From NCBI GenBank assembly GCA_902617375.1, contig CACMWI010000002.1:1566-65565 (forward strand): a stretch of DNA of 64,000 nt, written 5' to 3'. Shown here one piece after another: positions 60,302 to 64,000 of the stretch. Within the stretch, counting starts at the first letter, position 1. Every line of letters begins with the position of its first letter. A program made the position numbers and the translations under genes. Below the pieces are notes generated by a model. It was not told where the DNA came from. It searched no databases and saw only the letters and a list, made by a program, of their open reading frames with translations. The DNA is from an uncultured Alphaproteobacteria bacterium (GTDB lineage Bacteria; Pseudomonadota; Alphaproteobacteria; Methylaequorales; Methylaequoraceae).

Positions 60302-61549
60302 GTGGATTATAAATATGTTGATTCAAATTTCCTAAACTCAATATTAATTTGGAAAAACTATGATACGGAAAATATTGAAATACCAAATGAAAATAATTGT
60401 GTCCCATTGATTTGCCTTCATTCTGCTCTAACTTTAAAATTAAAAGGAGAAAACAATGAAGCTCAAAATTTTTTTAACAAGATAGAAGGTGAGAAATTTG
60501 TTTCCTACAGAATTAAAGAGTTACTTTTACTGAATGCGATTCAAGAGGAAAAAAAAAATGCTAACACAATCTTGAATCAAATTAACTCTTACGATCTTAA
60601 TATCAAAAAATTTGACTTGAATTACTTGCTTAATAACCAAAAACTTCTAAATCCTGTAGAAAACAAACAAGATGGGATGGCAGAAGTTCTGTATAATATT
60701 TCAAGTTGGTTTTTTTCGAAAGATCTTTATAAATACTCGACCTTTTTTGGAAAAATTTCATTAAAGTTGAGACCAGATTTTAATGCAATGAAACTCTTAC
60801 TTTTAGGAAATCTTGACAAACTTGGTTATAAGGATCTCGGGATAAACTACACAAAAAACTTAAATAAAGACAATCTCTATTATTATAAGTTTTTGAGAAT
60901 GAAACTCTCTTTATTTGAAGATTTAAATAAAGACAATGAGTTTATATTAGATTTAAAAAAATTCACCCAAACATATCCTGATAAAATTGAAATGCAAATT
61001 TTATTAGCCAATAAGTACCGAAAATTAGAACAATATAAAAAAGCTATTAAGATTTATTCTGAAATTATAAATAACAAATCATTACCAGCAGATTGGAATA
61101 TTTTCTATTCTAGAGGTATTTCTTATGAAAGAATGAATGACTGGAATAAGGCTGAAAAAGATTTAAAAGAGGCTATGAGACTCAATCCAGATGATCCATA
61201 TATACTAAATTATCTTGCTTACAGTTGGTTAGATAGAAATAAGAATGTAGAAAAAGCTCTTTCATTGTTAAAGAGGGCCGTCGAAATTGAACCCGATGAT
61301 GCCTATATCATAGATTCATTAGGGTGGGCATTCTTCTTATCAGATCAAACCGACAAATCGATATTTTTTCTAGAAAAAGCAGTTTCAATTCTTCCTGATG
61401 ATGCAACTCTAAATGATCATCTGGGAGATGCTTATTGGAAGGCAGGAAGACAGAGCGAAGCAAAATCACAATGGAAAAGAGTATTGATTTTAGATCCCCA
61501 ATTTAAGAAGAAAAATGTAATTAATTCTAAGATTAAAAATGGACTCTAA
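60302..61549 (+). CDS. Tetratricopeptide (TPR) repeat protein. This is a conservative call from the only canonical in-frame start (GTG 60302); coding probably begins upstream (see findings).
   Basis: C-terminal half has clear TPR repeats (AIKIYSEII..., AEKDLKEAMRLNPDDPYILNYLAYSWL, ALSLLKRAVEIEPDDAYIIDSLGWAFF, GDAYWKAGRQSEAKSQWKRVLILDP). The reading frame is stop-free back to 59888. Confidence 0.65.
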   Translation: MDYKYVDSNFLNSILIWKNYDTENIEIPNENNCVPLICLHSALTLKLKGENNEAQNFFNKIEGEKFVSYRIKELLLLNAIQEEKKNANTILNQINSYDLNIKKFDLNYLLNNQKLLNPVENKQDGMAEVLYNISSWFFSKDLYKYSTFFGKISLKLRPDFNAMKLLLLGNLDKLGYKDLGINYTKNLNKDNLYYYKFLRMKLSLFEDLNKDNEFILDLKKFTQTYPDKIEMQILLANKYRKLEQYKKAIKIYSEIINNKSLPADWNIFYSRGISYERMNDWNKAEKDLKEAMRLNPDDPYILNYLAYSWLDRNKNVEKALSLLKRAVEIEPDDAYIIDSLGWAFFLSDQTDKSIFFLEKAVSILPDDATLNDHLGDAYWKAGRQSEAKSQWKRVLILDPQFKKKNVINSKIKNGL

Positions 61550-61552
61550 AAG

Positions 61553-62437
61553 TTGACTATTGCGATAAAAAAATTATCACCAGCTAAGATAAATTTATTC
61601 CTTGAAGTCAAAAATAAAAGAATTGATGGATATCATGATATTCAAAGTCTAATGACTTTTTGTGATTTCGGAGATACGCTTTCTGTTAGTAAATCCAAAG
61701 ATTTTAGAATTAAGCTTGATGGTCCATTCTCAAGTTCTTTAATTAATAAAGAAAATCTAATTCAAAAAACAGTAAAAAAATTGGAAGATTTATTTCAGAG
61801 AAAGTTTAATGTTGAGGTGGTTTTAAAAAAAAATTTACCCATTGCTTCTGGAATGGCAGGCGGATCCTCAAATGCCGCTACATTTATTACATGTGTAAAA
61901 GAAATTTTTAGACTTGAAGAAGTGGATGGTTTTAATGAATTGTTATTGTCTTTAGGAGCCGATGTCCCATTCTGTTATAACGGTAAAACAGCATTAGTTA
62001 CTGGAATTGGAGAAAATATTAAATTTACTAAAAATTTGAAAGAATATTTTGTTCTTTTAGTCAATCCAAAAATTGAAGTATCGACAAAAGAAATCTTTAA
62101 CAATATCAATTTTAAAGATATCGCTTATAAAGAGGATAAAGTAATCTTGTCAAATTTAATTAAACTAGAATTTTTTAAAGATAGATCAAATCACCTGGAA
62201 AATTATGCAATAAAACAATTTAAGATAATTGGAGAAATCTTATCATATTTATCAAAGATTAAAGGTAGTGTTTTGAGTAGAATGACAGGTTCCGGTGCAA
62301 CATGTTTTGCATTATTTGATTGTATTGAAGACTTGGAAGAAGCTGAATATCTTACTACTAAAAGATTCAAGGATTGCTGGATAAAAAGTACGAGATTAAA
62401 AAATAATATTAAGGATAAAACTTGTATAAAATATTAA
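61553..62437 (+). CDS. ispE: 4-diphosphocytidyl-2-C-methyl-D-erythritol kinase
   Basis: 294 aa; N-terminal PAKINLFL motif and GHMP kinase motif PIASGMAGGSSNAAT. Confidence 0.85.
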   Translation: MTIAIKKLSPAKINLFLEVKNKRIDGYHDIQSLMTFCDFGDTLSVSKSKDFRIKLDGPFSSSLINKENLIQKTVKKLEDLFQRKFNVEVVLKKNLPIASGMAGGSSNAATFITCVKEIFRLEEVDGFNELLLSLGADVPFCYNGKTALVTGIGENIKFTKNLKEYFVLLVNPKIEVSTKEIFNNINFKDIAYKEDKVILSNLIKLEFFKDRSNHLENYAIKQFKIIGEILSYLSKIKGSVLSRMTGSGATCFALFDCIEDLEEAEYLTTKRFKDCWIKSTRLKNNIKDKTCIKY

Positions 62438-62462
62438 AAATGATTATGTTTAAAAAACTTAA

Positions 62463-62537
62463 TGGGGTGTGGCCAAGTGGTAAGGCACCGCTTTTTGGTA
62501 GCGGCATTCGTAGGTTCGAATCCTACCACCCCAGCCA
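62463..62537 (+). tRNA. tRNA-Gln (anticodon UUG)
   Basis: 75-nt cloverleaf folded by hand. Acceptor TGGGGTG/CACCCCA (U1:A72). Anticodon stem CCGCT/AGCGG with loop TTTTGGT, anticodon TTG. T arm GTAGG-TTCGAAT-CCTAC. Discriminator G, with CCA encoded. Confidence 0.85.
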
Positions 62538-62545
62538 ATAAAGAA

Positions 62546-64000
62546 ATGAATAAGGAAGTTTTCTTCTCTTTGAATAATGCAAGCTTTTCAATTGGAAAAC
62601 TAAAATTACTAAGAGACATTTCCATATCAGTTCACGAAAAAGATAAGATAGCGCTTGTTGGTAAAAATGGTGTTGGTAAGTCAACTCTTCTTAGTATAAT
62701 AAACGGAACAATATCGTTAGATAGTGGAGATTTTTGGTTAGGTCCCTCAATCAGTGTTGGGACATTAAACCAAAAAAACTACCAAAGAAGTCCATTAAGT
62801 GTTTTAGAATTTCTGAAATCGCAAAATCTAGAAGATAATGAAATTATAGAATCTAGGGTAGAAAAGATCACAAATGAAATAAAACTAAATAAATTTAAAA
62901 TTATAGACGAGTTGTCGGGAGGAGAAAAAAGAAAATTAGCACTCTCTAAACTGCTACTTCTGAAACCCGATTTGCTATTGCTTGATGAGCCAACAAATCA
63001 TTTAGACATTGAGTCAATTAAATGGCTAGAAAATTTTTTGAACAATGAATTTAGAGGTTCATTTCTAGTAATAAGCCATAATAGAGACTTTTTAAAAAAT
63101 GTGACTAATAAAGTCTTTTGGATGGATAGGGGGAAAATAAATACATCCTCAAAGGGTTTTTTTAATTTCGATATATGGCAAGATTCTTTAATTGAGCAGG
63201 AAAAACGCGAATTAAGAAATCGTAAAAAATACTTGGATGATGAAATTGCTTGGTTAAATCGAGGAGTAAAAGCTAGAAGAAAAAGGAACATTAAAAGAAA
63301 AGATAACATTCACAGTATGAAAAGTTCTTATGATGAAGAAAAAAAAGAATTTATGAAATCAATTTCGAAGATTAAAATATCTAATGACGCAACTGAATTA
63401 GAAAATGGACCGAATGTTTTGATCAATTTTGTAAATGTAAATAAAAGTTTTAAAAAAAAAGATGGTTTCATAAATATTTTAAACGATTTCAGTTTTAAAT
63501 TAATGCGAGGCGAAAAAATAGGAATTATTGGACGTAATGGAATTGGAAAATCTACTTTTTTAAATTTAGCCTCACACAAAATACAACCTGACTCAGGAAA
63601 TATAAAAATCAGGAAGAAATTGAACTTTAGTTTTTTTGATCAAACTGGTGAGCAATTTGAGGATAAAAAAACGATAAAAAAGAATTTGATTCCAAGCGGA
63701 GGTGATTACATCGATGTTGGGAATAAGAAGATGCATATTTGTGGATATTTGAAGAATTTTCTTTTTGAACCTAAGGACGTAGACAAAAATTTAGTTAGTT
63801 TGTCTGGTGGAGAGAGGAATCGTCTTCTGCTCGCAAAAATATTAGCTAAACCTAATGAAATTTTAATTTTAGACGAACCAACCAATGATCTTGATATCGA
63901 AACAATTGACTTGCTCATTGACTTTTTAAATACGCACAAAGGTTCATCATTAATAAGTTCTCATGACATTGATTTTTTAGAAAAAACTTGTCATAGATTT
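62546..64000 (+). CDS. ABC-F family ATPase (tandem nucleotide-binding domains, no TM domain), 3' end beyond the window
   Basis: Hand translation from ATG 62546 gives a stop-free ORF to the window end. NBD1: GKNGVGKST, LSGGEKRKL, LLLDEPTNHLD, ISHNRDFL. NBD2: GRNGIGKST, LSGGERNRL, LILDEPTNDLD, SSHDIDFL. Absent from the ORF track because it has no in-window stop. Confidence 0.85.
   Translation, partial: MNKEVFFSLNNASFSIGKLKLLRDISISVHEKDKIALVGKNGVGKSTLLSIINGTISLDSGDFWLGPSISVGTLNQKNYQRSPLSVLEFLKSQNLEDNEIIESRVEKITNEIKLNKFKIIDELSGGEKRKLALSKLLLLKPDLLLLDEPTNHLDIESIKWLENFLNNEFRGSFLVISHNRDFLKNVTNKVFWMDRGKINTSSKGFFNFDIWQDSLIEQEKRELRNRKKYLDDEIAWLNRGVKARRKRNIKRKDNIHSMKSSYDEEKKEFMKSISKIKISNDATELENGPNVLINFVNVNKSFKKKDGFINILNDFSFKLMRGEKIGIIGRNGIGKSTFLNLASHKIQPDSGNIKIRKKLNFSFFDQTGEQFEDKKTIKKNLIPSGGDYIDVGNKKMHICGYLKNFLFEPKDVDKNLVSLSGGERNRLLLAKILAKPNEILILDEPTNDLDIETIDLLIDFLNTHKGSSLISSHDIDFLEKTCHRF

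Noticed and set aside
62434-62625. 63-aa minus-strand ORF
   Set aside because: It overlaps tRNA-Gln and the ABC-F start and has no protein-like features, so it is spurious.
62998-63939. Three minus-strand ORFs from the track (62998-63309, 63328-63579, 63706-63939)
   Set aside because: They lie entirely antisense to the plus-strand ABC-F gene, which has all Walker/signature motifs. Their low-complexity translations are shadow ORFs typical of AT-rich DNA.

Overview
This 64 kb window is AT-rich (about 29-30% GC by eye), gene-dense, and has many 1-50 nt gene overlaps and frequent A/T homopolymers. The gene content and local gene order look alphaproteobacterial and strongly resemble a streamlined SAR11/Pelagibacterales-type chromosome. 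That assignment is an inference from composition and synteny, not from a search. Nearly all of the window is core housekeeping: SRP components (ffh partial, ftsY), dapF, a radical-SAM methylthiotransferase, ribF-ileS-lspA, an M16 peptidase pair, pgi, mutL, rsmD, rluB, tadA, purD, xseA, a lipid A/KDO operon (pmbA-IMPase-msbA-DUF374-kdtA-lpxK), ubiA, rsmE, gshA, chorismate mutase, tldD, the aa3 cytochrome oxidase cluster (ctaC-ctaD-ctaB-[micro-ORF]-ctaG-ctaE-surf1-thrC), dsbD-peroxiredoxin, thrB-rnhA, the F0 ATP synthase operon (atpI-B-E-F'-F), smc, dsbA-like, DUF721, mutY, a PepSY/OmpR-RR/HK module, rnhB, fasciclin, moaB, UDG family 4, ETF-QO, a TPR protein, ispE, tRNA-Gln(UUG) and a partial ABC-F ATPase. 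I found no CRISPR array, integrase, transposase or phage-like genes, and no clear novel multi-gene system. The features most worth a second look are: a tandem pair of paralogous low-complexity putative lipoproteins directly after lspA; a TPR gene whose reading frame is open for about 138 codons upstream of its only canonical start; an unlisted 29-codon membrane micro-ORF between ctaB and ctaG; a DUF4170 micro-protein; a DUF721 (DciA-like) gene; and a PepSY-linked two-component module.
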